Assembly (NCBI GenBank): GCA_033764315.1
Contig: JANRJA010000166.1
Location: 1 to 41,656, forward strand
Direction of reading: 5' to 3'
DNA: 41,656 nt
Origin: Oculatellaceae cyanobacterium bins.114
Lineage (GTDB): Bacteria; Cyanobacteriota; Cyanobacteriia; Elainellales; Elainellaceae
Under the pieces are notes generated by a model. The model was not told the DNA's origin, did no database searches, and saw nothing but the letters and a program-made list of their open reading frames with translations. A program made the translations under genes and the position numbers. This document shows, in pieces, positions 1 to 8,663 of this stretch. Positions within the stretch are counted from its first letter, which is position 1; the number at the start of each line of letters is the position of its first letter.

Positions 1-1275
1 TATCAAGTTGAGGCAGATCAACCAGGTCAACAAGCCACCGATATCTTTGACGCAAACCCTCTTTTACCCGGCATTATCCTGGTCGAACAGGGCAATTTGG
101 TCGGCATGATTTCGCGACGGCGATTTCTAGAACAAATGAGCCGCCCTTATGGATTGTGTTTGTTTTTAAATCGACCCTTGACGGTACTCTATAGCTTTAT
201 TTCATCAGAGGTATCCGTCTTTCCTGGCAAGACACTGATCGTCACCGCAACCCGTCAAGCACTCAAACGACCTCCTGAGCAATTATATGAACCTGTGGTT
301 GTCCAAATCGAGCCGCAAGTTTATCGACTGTTAGATGTCTATCAGTTATTAGTTGCTCAATCTCAAATTCACGAACTGACCCGCAAGTTATTGTATGAAC
401 AAACTCAGGCTCAGATGATTCAAGCTGAGAAAATGGCGAGTTTGGGGCGGATGGTTGCAGGTGTAGCTCATGAGATTCTAAACCCAGTAAATTTCATCTC
501 AGGCAATATTCGTTATCTCTCAAATTACAGCCAAGACCTGATTCGTTTGCTATCCATTTATCAGTCTGAAGTAAGCAATCCCTCTCAGAAAATTATTGAT
601 GTCAAAGAAGAAATCGAGTTGGATTTTGTGGTTAATGATTTAACTCAAATTATTGACAGCATGAGAATAGGCGCAGAGCGTCTAAAGGGAATTGCAGGCA
701 GTCTGCGCAGCTTTTCTCATACCAATGAAAATGATCTGAGACCCGTTGACATTCACAACTGCATTGACAACACACTGCTGATTCTGAATAATCGCCTTAA
801 AAATAGTGTTGAAATTATTAAGCAGTATGGTGATGTTCCAACCTTGACCTGTCATTTTGGACAGATTAGCCAGGTCTTTATGAACCTGATTAGCAATGCC
901 GTTGATGCATTAGAAGAAAAGGCAAAAGAGAAAACTTTAACGGGTGAACTTCAGACCTCTGATCAATCAACTTGGGAACCTAGTATTACGATCGCCACAG
1001 AGCGACATACCTCAGACGATCCTACTTCCCAAAACAAAAATGCATGGGTTCTCATTAAAATTTCCGACAACGGGCCAGGAATTCCTAAAGAGATTCAAGG
1101 GCGAATTTTTGAAACCTTTTTTACAACTAAACCTGTGGGTGAAGGGACAGGGTTAGGATTAGCCATTAGCCATCAAATTGTGGTTGAAAAGCATAATGGC
1201 AAGATTAATTTGCAGTCTGAAGAAGGGCAAGGAACAACCTTTGAAATCTTGTTACCTGTTCAGCCATCCACTTAA
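1..1275 (+). CDS. Sensor histidine kinase (HisKA + HATPase_c) with a cyanobacterial CBS-like N-terminal segment; 5'-partial
   Basis: Frame is open from base 1 (YQVEADQPG...LLPGIILVEQGNLVGMISRRRF), so the true start is upstream of the window. H-box VAHEILNP, N-box QVFMNLISNAVDA, G-boxes DNGPGIP and FFTTKPVGEGTGLGL. Confidence 0.93.
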   Translation, partial: YQVEADQPGQQATDIFDANPLLPGIILVEQGNLVGMISRRRFLEQMSRPYGLCLFLNRPLTVLYSFISSEVSVFPGKTLIVTATRQALKRPPEQLYEPVVVQIEPQVYRLLDVYQLLVAQSQIHELTRKLLYEQTQAQMIQAEKMASLGRMVAGVAHEILNPVNFISGNIRYLSNYSQDLIRLLSIYQSEVSNPSQKIIDVKEEIELDFVVNDLTQIIDSMRIGAERLKGIAGSLRSFSHTNENDLRPVDIHNCIDNTLLILNNRLKNSVEIIKQYGDVPTLTCHFGQISQVFMNLISNAVDALEEKAKEKTLTGELQTSDQSTWEPSITIATERHTSDDPTSQNKNAWVLIKISDNGPGIPKEIQGRIFETFFTTKPVGEGTGLGLAISHQIVVEKHNGKINLQSEEGQGTTFEILLPVQPST

Positions 1276-1307
1276 GCCATCAAAAATCGTCGGTAGTCCT
1301 AAGTAAG

Positions 1308-1344
1308 TAAGGAATGTGCCGCGCTCCGCGCGGCACATTCCTTA
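1308..1344. terminator. Perfect 17-bp inverted repeat between convergent genes; probable bidirectional terminator or REP-like hairpin
   Basis: TAAGGAATGTGCCGCGC-TCC-GCGCGGCACATTCCTTA, between the stops at 1275 (+) and 1346 (-). Confidence 0.75.
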
Positions 1345-1345
1345 T

Positions 1346-2185
1346 TCAAAAATCATTACTTTTAGAGCAGTACCAATCGTCTAAACGAGGAATGGTGATG
1401 ATTTGACGAACTAGTTGTTCTCGGAGAGTCACTTGATACTTTTTACCAGGTTTAGTATACGACCAAACTAATGCTTTCAATGTCCAGAATGGAATGGATA
1501 TGATGTAACCGATGAAATATCTTTCTAACCTGAGAAAGCGCGATCGCCACGGTTCATCAAACATATCAATGGGTTTATACCCATGATCTACAAAAATCTC
1601 GATCGCATCTTTGTGTGCTTCTAGTAGAGAGTAATAGTCAATGTTGCCCAATGTTTGCAGGTAGGATGTGGACGGTCTGGGGAAATTAGAGATAGGCAGT
1701 GAACTTGTGCTAACCAAAGCCTCATCATTAAATTGAGTGGAAAAGGTAGCGTGTGTAGTTCGACCGACATAAGAAACGAGTGTTAGAGCGATGCTTTCGT
1801 GTTGATGTTTGAAAATAAATACAATCACATCAAATTTGGTTCTAATGCAAAAGCGATCGATTTCTTCAAACCCTACTCTTTGAATCTTGACTAACTCAGC
1901 CTCTAATGCTTTTAAAGTGCTGATAAACTTACGCTCTGGAATATCACGAGGAACAAATTCATCTAAGAAAATAGAAGCAAAACCGACATAATTACTTCCC
2001 ATGATGATGAATAGTAATCCAGGAAGCAACACAAAAAAATCGATGGGAAAAGGCAGGCGATAGGGTGACTTTGTCCACATTGTCATGAGAACTGTAAAAC
2101 CGATCATAAGAAAGATCGGGTTGATATTGACACCCAATCGGATGAGTTGTTGTTCAACTCTAGAGAACTGTCTCTCAGCCTTCAT
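1346..2185 (-). CDS. Hypothetical membrane protein (279 aa)
   Basis: Long ATG-started ORF with two N-terminal hydrophobic segments (IFLMIGFTVLMTMW; FFVLLPGLLFIIMG); no family recognised. Confidence 0.7.
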   Translation of the reverse strand: MKAERQFSRVEQQLIRLGVNINPIFLMIGFTVLMTMWTKSPYRLPFPIDFFVLLPGLLFIIMGSNYVGFASIFLDEFVPRDIPERKFISTLKALEAELVKIQRVGFEEIDRFCIRTKFDVIVFIFKHQHESIALTLVSYVGRTTHATFSTQFNDEALVSTSSLPISNFPRPSTSYLQTLGNIDYYSLLEAHKDAIEIFVDHGYKPIDMFDEPWRSRFLRLERYFIGYIISIPFWTLKALVWSYTKPGKKYQVTLREQLVRQIITIPRLDDWYCSKSNDF

Positions 2186-2308
2186 ATACCCACAATTTCC
2201 CGTATTTATTAAGCTCTTACTGTCAAAAAATCTATCAACAGGATTCCCTAATGGCTCGAACTTGTAACGATACGGTTAACAATTGATAGGAAGAGATAGG
2301 AAGGGAAA

Positions 2309-3187
2309 TTAGGAGTTTTCGATGGGTCTACCTTTGGGTTCAGGCAGTGCTGGACGAGGTTGATAGGGCATAGGGATATATTGAACCGAAGGACGCCCTC
2401 CTTGAGGTTGAGGATATAGCTCCATCAAGTTATAAATCGCTTTGGGTAGCCCGACAGTAATTGGCAACCCTAATTCGGTCGCTTCTTCAACCGTGATCGG
2501 GTAGTCATGAGTCACTCTACCTGTCGTTAAAGCATCAATAATGGGTTCAACATGTTCAGGGGCAATTTTTGGAGTTGGAACTGTATCTTTTAACAGGGTT
2601 CTAACAAATCGTTGTACCTGTTGAATGGCTTTTCGTGACATGTCTGCCATAATCAGGGTTTCATCATCTATTTCAGCGATCGGCTTGTCTTCAACCACTT
2701 TGAGAATGCTCGCTGCCGGAAAATTGCCCAATTGTGGATCAACCGGACCCAACACCGCATTAGCATCCATAACGATTTCATCTGCGGCTAACGCTAACAT
2801 CGTGCCGCCACTCATGGCGTAATGGGGCACAAAAACAGACACCTTTGCAGGATGGCGAATTAACGCTCGCGCGATCTGCTCTGTGGCTAACACCAATCCA
2901 CCCGGAGTGTGCAGAATGAGATCAATGGGAACATCTGAAGGAGTAAGCCGAATTGCTCTTAAGATTTGCTCTGAATCTTCAATGGTGATGTAGCGAGATA
3001 GCGGAATGCCAAGTAAGCTGATTGACTCTTGACGATGAATCAAGAAGATAACACGGCTGCGTCGTTGACGCTCAAAATCTTGTAGAGCTTGAATTCGACG
3101 GGCAGCAATTTGACGACGTTGAAACGCAGGTTGTAGAGATGAAATAAGTAGAAAAATCCAGAACAGATCAAATAGATTGAAATTCAC
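2309..3187 (-). CDS. SDH-family ClpP-fold serine protease with N-terminal membrane anchor
   Basis: IDLILHTPGG, YAMSGGTM (Ser), LGPVDPQ (Asp), THDYPI (His); GTG start. Confidence 0.9.
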   Translation of the reverse strand: MNFNLFDLFWIFLLISSLQPAFQRRQIAARRIQALQDFERQRRSRVIFLIHRQESISLLGIPLSRYITIEDSEQILRAIRLTPSDVPIDLILHTPGGLVLATEQIARALIRHPAKVSVFVPHYAMSGGTMLALAADEIVMDANAVLGPVDPQLGNFPAASILKVVEDKPIAEIDDETLIMADMSRKAIQQVQRFVRTLLKDTVPTPKIAPEHVEPIIDALTTGRVTHDYPITVEEATELGLPITVGLPKAIYNLMELYPQPQGGRPSVQYIPMPYQPRPALPEPKGRPIENS

Positions 3188-3254
3188 AGCGATCGCCCTT
3201 TTGACATAGTCACACCAATGACAACACTATTATTCCAAACTTCTAAAGATGCAA

Positions 3255-3270
3255 TCTCTCTCTAGAGTTA
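3255..3270 (-). promoter_or_regulatory. Candidate copy of the shared 16-bp palindrome upstream of the SDH protease
   Basis: TCTCTC-TCTA-GAGTTA, about 68 nt upstream of the start; the -10 assignment is ambiguous. Confidence 0.45.
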
Positions 3271-3336
3271 CCTATACAGTTACTGTTATTGGTGTTGTTA
3301 GTAGAGCGGTTATCTCGTAGTCCGAGACATCAAAAC

Positions 3337-3429
3337 TATAGCAGCCCTAAATCATTTGTGAGATTAGCAGGTTGTGAGAGGCGCACCCCGGAGATGTGCA
3401 CCACTCACAACCCATTTGGGATTGCTGTA
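3337..3429. repeat. Miniature inverted-repeat (MITE-like) element with internal hairpin
   Basis: Termini TATAGCAGCCCTAAAT (3337-3352) and ATTTGGGATTGCTGTA (3414-3429) match 12/16 as an inverted pair; internal inverted repeat 3370-3386 / 3396-3412 matches 15/17; TA-rich ends. Confidence 0.6.
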
Positions 3430-3601
3430 TATAAGTAGATAAGTAGGAAGGCACAATGATTTGTAGGATGGTGGCGATCGCAAAACCCATGCGGATGTTA
3501 GGTTTCATAATTTAACCTAATCTGCATCCATCTTATATTTAACGTCACTCATACAGGTTTTGGTCTCCCTCTCAAAAGAACTTCAGCCATTAGCTCTAAA
3601 A

Positions 3602-3635
3602 TAAAACTCTCTTAACACTTCAATAGTTAAGAGAG
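3602..3635 (-). terminator. Rho-independent terminator downstream of psaL
   Basis: CTCTCTTAAC-N9-GTTAAGAGAG stem followed by a T-run on the minus strand. Confidence 0.6.
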
Positions 3636-3742
3636 CAAAGGTCTGAAGAGATATAAGGAATTGTTGGGAGAGGATTGCGCTTAGTCAAGGGTTTTACATC
3701 ACCCTATAAGTTGGTTTATTGAAACCTTTAGGTCTTGAGATT

Positions 3743-4258
3743 TTAGGTATTGAGAAAACTGCTAAATACATCTAGATTGGCAAGAATGAAGTAGGCAAAC
3801 ACAGCACCACCAATGCCACCAATCAAAAAGCCGCTTGCATATTCATTCCAGCCTTCAGAAGACTTCAGTGCAGCAGGGGGAGCAGGTGTCGTAATAGTTG
3901 CTTCTGGCTCAGGGGGAAAACTAAACGCATACAGCGAGATGGCTAGGGTTGAGATCACAACTAACCCAACCGCCGAGAGCAGACCCGCAAGATTAGCAAT
4001 TTCAGTGTTGCGCAGCGGACCCAATTTAACAAAAGGTCCAATCAACCAATAACCATGCGCCATCCCAACTTCTAATCCACGTCGTAAAGGAGTGATGCCT
4101 TTGCGATAGCCAGGTAAGTTGTTAATTAGAGTACGGGTGAAATTAGAAGAGTTGATAGGAGTTGCTAAATTCCCATTTTGAGGATCACCTGCCGGAAAAA
4201 CAACCTCACGGTTTCTTGGATCACTGGGGCGATCGTTCGATCGGGTAACGCTTTGCAT
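3743..4258 (-). CDS. psaL: Photosystem I reaction centre subunit XI (PsaL), Pro-rich-loop type
   Basis: DPQNGNLATPINSS, INNLPGYR, RRGLEVGMAHGY, KLGPLRN, EGWNEYASGFLIGGIGG are PsaL signatures. Confidence 0.97.
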   Translation of the reverse strand: MQSVTRSNDRPSDPRNREVVFPAGDPQNGNLATPINSSNFTRTLINNLPGYRKGITPLRRGLEVGMAHGYWLIGPFVKLGPLRNTEIANLAGLLSAVGLVVISTLAISLYAFSFPPEPEATITTPAPPAALKSSEGWNEYASGFLIGGIGGAVFAYFILANLDVFSSFLNT

Positions 4259-4290
4259 ATCGTCTATATCTCATGTTTGGTTTGGGATTT

Positions 4291-4369
4291 ATATTAGATA
4301 GAAGCTTTATTAAGAACTTCATTCTTAAGGTACAAAATCCAATACTTCAACAATCTATTAAAAGATTAA
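4291..4369 (-). promoter_or_regulatory. Putative psaL promoter: shared palindrome + -10 box, with a second upstream palindrome
   Basis: TCATTC-TTAA-GGTACA (4319-4334), 22 nt gap, minus-strand TAATAT (4296-4291); second copy TCTATT-AAAA-GATTAA (4354-4369). Confidence 0.6.
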
Positions 4370-4475
4370 TTTACGATTGTTACTGTTAATGGAAGCGCAA
4401 CATTTTCATATTTTTCTTGTTGAAAAATACAAACTCACACCTCCGTATCAATCTAATTCTGCAAAGCCATTCCAT

Positions 4476-4509
4476 AAAAATCAACGGATGCAATTAACAC
4501 ACCCGTTGA
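4476..4509 (-). terminator. Rho-independent terminator after the 173-aa gene
   Basis: TCAACGGATG-N9-CACCCGTTGA stem with a minus-strand T5 tract. Confidence 0.6.
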
Positions 4510-4559
4510 AAGAAACTGTAGGAGATGAAGCACAATCTATTAACTCATTGTGTCAGCGA

Positions 4560-5081
4560 TTAACGACAATTGCTAAACCAACGAGCCGCGATCGCCCCCA
4601 ATGCTGCCCCAACAACCGGATTGCTCAAAAACTTGAGAATAGCAGGCTGATCTGCTAACACATCTTGAAAGACATCCGGGTGATTGTGATAGGCAAAGGA
4701 TGCAAGTTTGCTGACATCATCTGCACTCATCCGGTTAGGATGACGACTTGATAACCCCAACTGTTGTTCTAAGGTGCGATCGTCTAAGCCTCGTTTCTTT
4801 AAGTGACTGAAAAACTCTTTTGCCACTTCATCCCGCTCATTTGGCTTGATCTGAGCGATCGCTTGTTGCAATTCAGGCTCCATCTGCGACGTAGGAATAT
4901 TGCTGGGATGGAGAGAGCGACCAAACAATTTACGACGCTCTTCCCGAGAGGAACGCTGGGCAAAATCATCAAAATTCTGATAGTTTTCAGTTGAGTCAGT
5001 TGCATTGTTATCCAACGACTCCACATTACCTCCGGCCAAGTCATGCATGATTTGGCGTTTGTATTCATCACTATTGGGCAT
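4560..5081 (-). CDS. Hypothetical protein (173 aa), hydrophilic with a C-terminal hydrophobic tail
   Basis: ATG with strong SD (GGGGAGG on the minus strand); tail FLSNPVVGAALGAIAARWF; 47 nt downstream of the lipoprotein gene on the same strand. Confidence 0.85.
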   Translation of the reverse strand: MPNSDEYKRQIMHDLAGGNVESLDNNATDSTENYQNFDDFAQRSSREERRKLFGRSLHPSNIPTSQMEPELQQAIAQIKPNERDEVAKEFFSHLKKRGLDDRTLEQQLGLSSRHPNRMSADDVSKLASFAYHNHPDVFQDVLADQPAILKFLSNPVVGAALGAIAARWFSNCR

Positions 5082-5128
5082 GTTTTAAACCTCCCCTGTA
5101 AAAAATGCATTCGTGAAATGCAACTTTG

Positions 5129-5557
5129 CTATTGATACTCAATCTGCTGAGCGTTGTGATCGTATTGAGCCGTCAAAATGAGTTTTTTATCGGGAGCGTA
5201 AACTAAGACAGTTAAATCACGATTAGGAAAGTTGCGTTGCAAACCCTGAGTCAGCGATCGCGCTAAAGGACGCACTTCATTTGGGCGCACTTGAGGTGAA
5301 ATGACGACTCCCAATTTATTGTCATCTCGAACATAAGCATCAGAGACAAGTCCACCTGCTGATTTCACAACCCAATCTCCAAAGCTTTGCCCAACTGTCG
5401 TATTGCCTCGTTCAAGCTGCTGATAAGCAGTGGATGCATTGCCAGATGACACTTTAGGCTGAGTGGATTGAGCCGTACCGCCACAAGCAGTTGTGACTGT
5501 AAGAACGACGGCTAAGACTAAGGCAACTAAAACCTTTTTAACATGTTGTAAATTCAC
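5129..5557 (-). CDS. Putative lipoprotein of unknown function (142 aa)
   Basis: Signal peptide KKVLVALVLAVVLTVTTAC with lipobox-like TAC; SD AGGAGGA; GTG start. Confidence 0.85.
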   Translation of the reverse strand: MNLQHVKKVLVALVLAVVLTVTTACGGTAQSTQPKVSSGNASTAYQQLERGNTTVGQSFGDWVVKSAGGLVSDAYVRDDNKLGVVISPQVRPNEVRPLARSLTQGLQRNFPNRDLTVLVYAPDKKLILTAQYDHNAQQIEYQ

Positions 5558-5804
5558 AGAGTCCTCCTAAGGGCCTGTAAATGATATTTGCTATTGACGA
5601 TTAGAGAATGACCAAGAAACCTAATTAAACACAAAGTAGGTTATCTGTTAGACAAGCGATCGCATCACCAAACCGATCCAACAAGATTTGCACTGTGTAG
5701 ATTTTAGAAAGGGGCTCAGAACTAACCAAACCCCTATTTATTACTGACACACTCGCACTCTACTAGATGGCTGTTAGTTTCTCAGTCATCTCGTAGTTGA
5801 GTTT

Positions 5805-5987
5805 CTAGTCAAGCTTGCGCTTAACATCGTCTTTTACATCTTCCACGGCATTACGAACTTCAGCACTCGCTTGCTTGGCTTTACCCTCGGCTTTATCAGC
5901 GCGATCGCCTGTGACTTCGCCACGAGCTTCCTGAGCTTTACCTTCGAGATTTTTGCCAGTTGCCTTAGCTCTATCTTCTAAACTCAT
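5805..5987 (-). CDS. csbD: CsbD-family general stress protein
   Basis: MSLEDRAKATGKNLEGKAQEARGEVTGD...AEGKAKQ is the CsbD pattern; spacing from the SD GGAGGA favours ATG 5987 over 5993. Confidence 0.92.
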   Translation of the reverse strand: MSLEDRAKATGKNLEGKAQEARGEVTGDRADKAEGKAKQASAEVRNAVEDVKDDVKRKLD

Positions 5988-6072
5988 GATCATTTCCTCC
6001 TATTTAACACAACTGAATCTTTGAAATTAGTTTTAATTAACTTTCAAAGCCGTTGTTGTTTTCTATAACTCA

Positions 6073-6116
6073 ACTGTATAAATAAACTGTTCCAATTTTA
6101 TCTACCTCAAGCCATA
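6073..6116 (-). promoter_or_regulatory. Putative csbD promoter: shared palindrome + -10 box
   Basis: TCTACC-TCAA-GCCATA (6101-6116), 22 nt gap, minus-strand TACAGT (6078-6073); weaker second copy at 6163-6178. Confidence 0.6.
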
Positions 6117-6255
6117 AAGTTGTCTAAAATACACTTTGTAATGAGAAAAATGCTATTGAGTCTCTCTCTAAAGATTCTAAAATAATAGCTTCCCGATCTT
6201 TCATAAGAGTCAGGAAGCTAGTTACAGGTTTGAATGCTTGGTGATTGATAGAAAC

Positions 6256-6495
6256 TTAATTATTCACAGGGTTGTCACTCAAATTGCTAGGGCGGTGAAA
6301 GTTGCTATCAACCCAGCACCGAGGCAATTCTTCTCCTGACGGAAAGACTAATTGGTTCTTTGCGATCCCTTCAGGAGCTTGCTCTTCTTGACCCGCTTGA
6401 ATTCGACCTTGAATCTGATCGGTGGTAGGGTTAACCAAATCAGCAACATCTAAAACTTCCACCAAGGTTCCGGTCTGTTTGTCTTGTAACAACAT
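6256..6495 (-). CDS. Small conserved-type protein (79 aa), function unknown
   Basis: QAGQEEQ and LVFPSGEELPRCW motifs of a small cyanobacterial family; directly downstream of the GH13 gene. Confidence 0.85.
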   Translation of the reverse strand: MLLQDKQTGTLVEVLDVADLVNPTTDQIQGRIQAGQEEQAPEGIAKNQLVFPSGEELPRCWVDSNFHRPSNLSDNPVNN

Positions 6496-6567
6496 GGCAT
6501 TATGCTAATGAATTTACTTCAGCATGGAATCAACTGACTGATTTAACATCGCCCGCGAGATATATCA

Positions 6568-8220
6568 CTATTGCCAAACCAAGACTTTCGCTTCGTACTC
6601 AGGGAGATCAAGCATGATGGTTTGATCGCCAGAGTCGATATCATAATCTCCCGTCCATTCATGCCAGGTTCCATTATGTGGAAAATTAGAAACTTGATAT
6701 CCAGCTAGATAGTTGTCTGAAAAATTGGCGACAACTACAACACGAGAACCTTCATCATTCCAACGAATGTAGGCCAAGACTTTAGAGTCTGGATCTTCGT
6801 AGAAGAAATCAATATTCTCGGTATATAAAGCGTGATTGCCTTTGCGGAGTGCAATGAGTCCTTTGTAATAGTCAAACAAGCTCTGGTTCAGATCATGTTG
6901 CAAAAGAGTCCAGTCAATCTTAGAAGGGTCGATTGTTTTATGTTTATATTCCCCAAACTCTTCACCCATCCAAATGAGAGGTACTCCAATCGCAGTCATC
7001 ACTAACACTGCACCTAACTTAATCCGTTTGAAAGCCGCTTCATCAAAAATCTCTCGATCGCCTAGCTCAGCCAGTACGTGATCATGATCATGATTGGTGA
7101 GATAATTCACCACATTTGTAGCTCCTAAGAAACCCTGACGTTTACAGTCTATGACCTCTTTAAGCCGCTCTAGATCAAACGTATCGCCACAAATATGCTC
7201 TAACACACAGTGATAGAAACTATCGTGCCAGCACCCATCCATTGGGCCTTCAAGCCCCGTGATAGAAGGGGTTTCGGGAATATGCTCAGCCACATTGTAA
7301 AATGGTTTTGCACCCGCTGTTTGCTTAGCTTCCTGCACAATCCAATGCATGAAGTCATAGTTATTAATCTGCCGTGCTGCGTCATAACGAATACCATCAA
7401 TGTGATATTCTCGAATCCAAAACCGAACCGCATCACCAATGAACCGCCAAGCTGGATGGACTTCTAAATTTTCGTCATAGTGTTCGTAGTTAAACTCTGG
7501 CCCCCAATTATTATCAGGGTCACGGGGTGAGTGATGATACCAATAATCGTGATCAATTTGTGTGAGTGGACTTTCTGCTTCTGAATGGTTATAAATTCCA
7601 TCCATTAGCACACGAATACCTCGCCCATGACACTCATCGATCAGATTTTTTAACTCCTGAGTAGACCCATAACTGGATTCAGTGGCAAAGAAATGGCGAG
7701 GATTGTAGCCCCAACTGTAATCTCCTGGGTATTCCTTGAGAGGCATTAATTCGATCGCATTAATCCCCAAATCACACAAATAATCTAATTTTTCAATCAC
7801 ATGTTTGTACTTGCCACGGACATAGCGATCGCTCTCTCCACCTGAAAAGTCAGCCACATGAAGTTCATAGATGACTAGCTCATGATCAGCAGGCAGAGGT
7901 TTGTCATCATGTTTCCAGACATAATCATCAACGATGACATCTCCATCTTTGATCCGAATAATGCCATTTTGGCTAGGGTCATCAATATCAGTGACATAGG
8001 GATCAATTACTTCTACCCACTGATCAGGTTCAAAAAACCAACTTTTTGACTGAACCCGAAACTTATACTGATACGAGCCATCTGCTAAATCAACAGTGGT
8101 TCTAAAGTAGCCATCCTCACCTTTTTGCATCTCAATCTCTTGCCAATCAGAAAAAGAGCCAATGAGAGAGGCAGCCTTATTGTAAGGAGCAAAAAGTTTA
8201 AATTCAGTTAAGGTTTTCAT
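6568..8220 (-). CDS. GH13 alpha-amylase-family glucan enzyme with N-terminal CBM48-like domain (branching enzyme/TreZ-like)
   Basis: FAPYNKAASLIGSFSDW, VIYELHV, LGINAIELMP, SWGYNP, GIRYDAA (nucleophile), VAEH (acid/base), TNHDH. Confidence 0.93.
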   Translation of the reverse strand: MKTLTEFKLFAPYNKAASLIGSFSDWQEIEMQKGEDGYFRTTVDLADGSYQYKFRVQSKSWFFEPDQWVEVIDPYVTDIDDPSQNGIIRIKDGDVIVDDYVWKHDDKPLPADHELVIYELHVADFSGGESDRYVRGKYKHVIEKLDYLCDLGINAIELMPLKEYPGDYSWGYNPRHFFATESSYGSTQELKNLIDECHGRGIRVLMDGIYNHSEAESPLTQIDHDYWYHHSPRDPDNNWGPEFNYEHYDENLEVHPAWRFIGDAVRFWIREYHIDGIRYDAARQINNYDFMHWIVQEAKQTAGAKPFYNVAEHIPETPSITGLEGPMDGCWHDSFYHCVLEHICGDTFDLERLKEVIDCKRQGFLGATNVVNYLTNHDHDHVLAELGDREIFDEAAFKRIKLGAVLVMTAIGVPLIWMGEEFGEYKHKTIDPSKIDWTLLQHDLNQSLFDYYKGLIALRKGNHALYTENIDFFYEDPDSKVLAYIRWNDEGSRVVVVANFSDNYLAGYQVSNFPHNGTWHEWTGDYDIDSGDQTIMLDLPEYEAKVLVWQ

Positions 8221-8336
8221 GTATTGCAGGCGTCCTGGTTCAGGAGATAAATCTAATAATGGGAGATCAAGAGACTCTATGAAGTAACTCCAATAGTATT
8301 GGAAAATACTCGCTTGAGAGACAAATGTACAATTTT

Positions 8337-8443
8337 AATCTAGATACTTTCGGCGTTAATTTCGTCTTTCTGAGGACATGCCTTTTCAACTCAAAAATCT
8401 TACCCTTAGAGGGATGTATTGCAGTTTCCAAAACCGTTACATT
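8337..8443. promoter_or_regulatory. Back-to-back putative promoters of the GH13 gene (-) and CdaR regulator (+), each with the shared palindrome
   Basis: TCTTTC-TGAG-GACATG (8365-8380), 22 nt gap, minus-strand TAGATT (8342-8337); CTTACC-CTTA-GAGGGA (8399-8414), 23 nt gap, TACATT (8438-8443). Confidence 0.55.
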
Positions 8444-8663
8444 CTTCTGTCATTAAAAGACGGTTTAATCTTCGAGTTAAGTGCCCAAGTGGGTTTCTTC
8501 TTCGTCACCTTGGCATACATCTCAAGCACCATTTTAAGCACCATTGCATGAATGAATCAAATAAAAAGAGTTAAATAGATTTGCTGTGCATCTATCATCA
8601 ATCTAGACTCATCTTGAATTTAATAAAAGCTGAAAACATAGCTTTAAAGACACAAAAAATATA

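Noticed and set aside
4259..4658. Possible psaI next to psaL; ORF 4377-4658
   Set aside because: No PsaI-like hydrophobic peptide found; the ORF has a TTG start, runs through a terminator and overlaps the 173-aa gene.
8591..8607. TCTATC-ATCAA-TCTAGA as another copy of the shared palindrome
   Set aside because: Spacer is 5 nt rather than 4 and the right half is poor.
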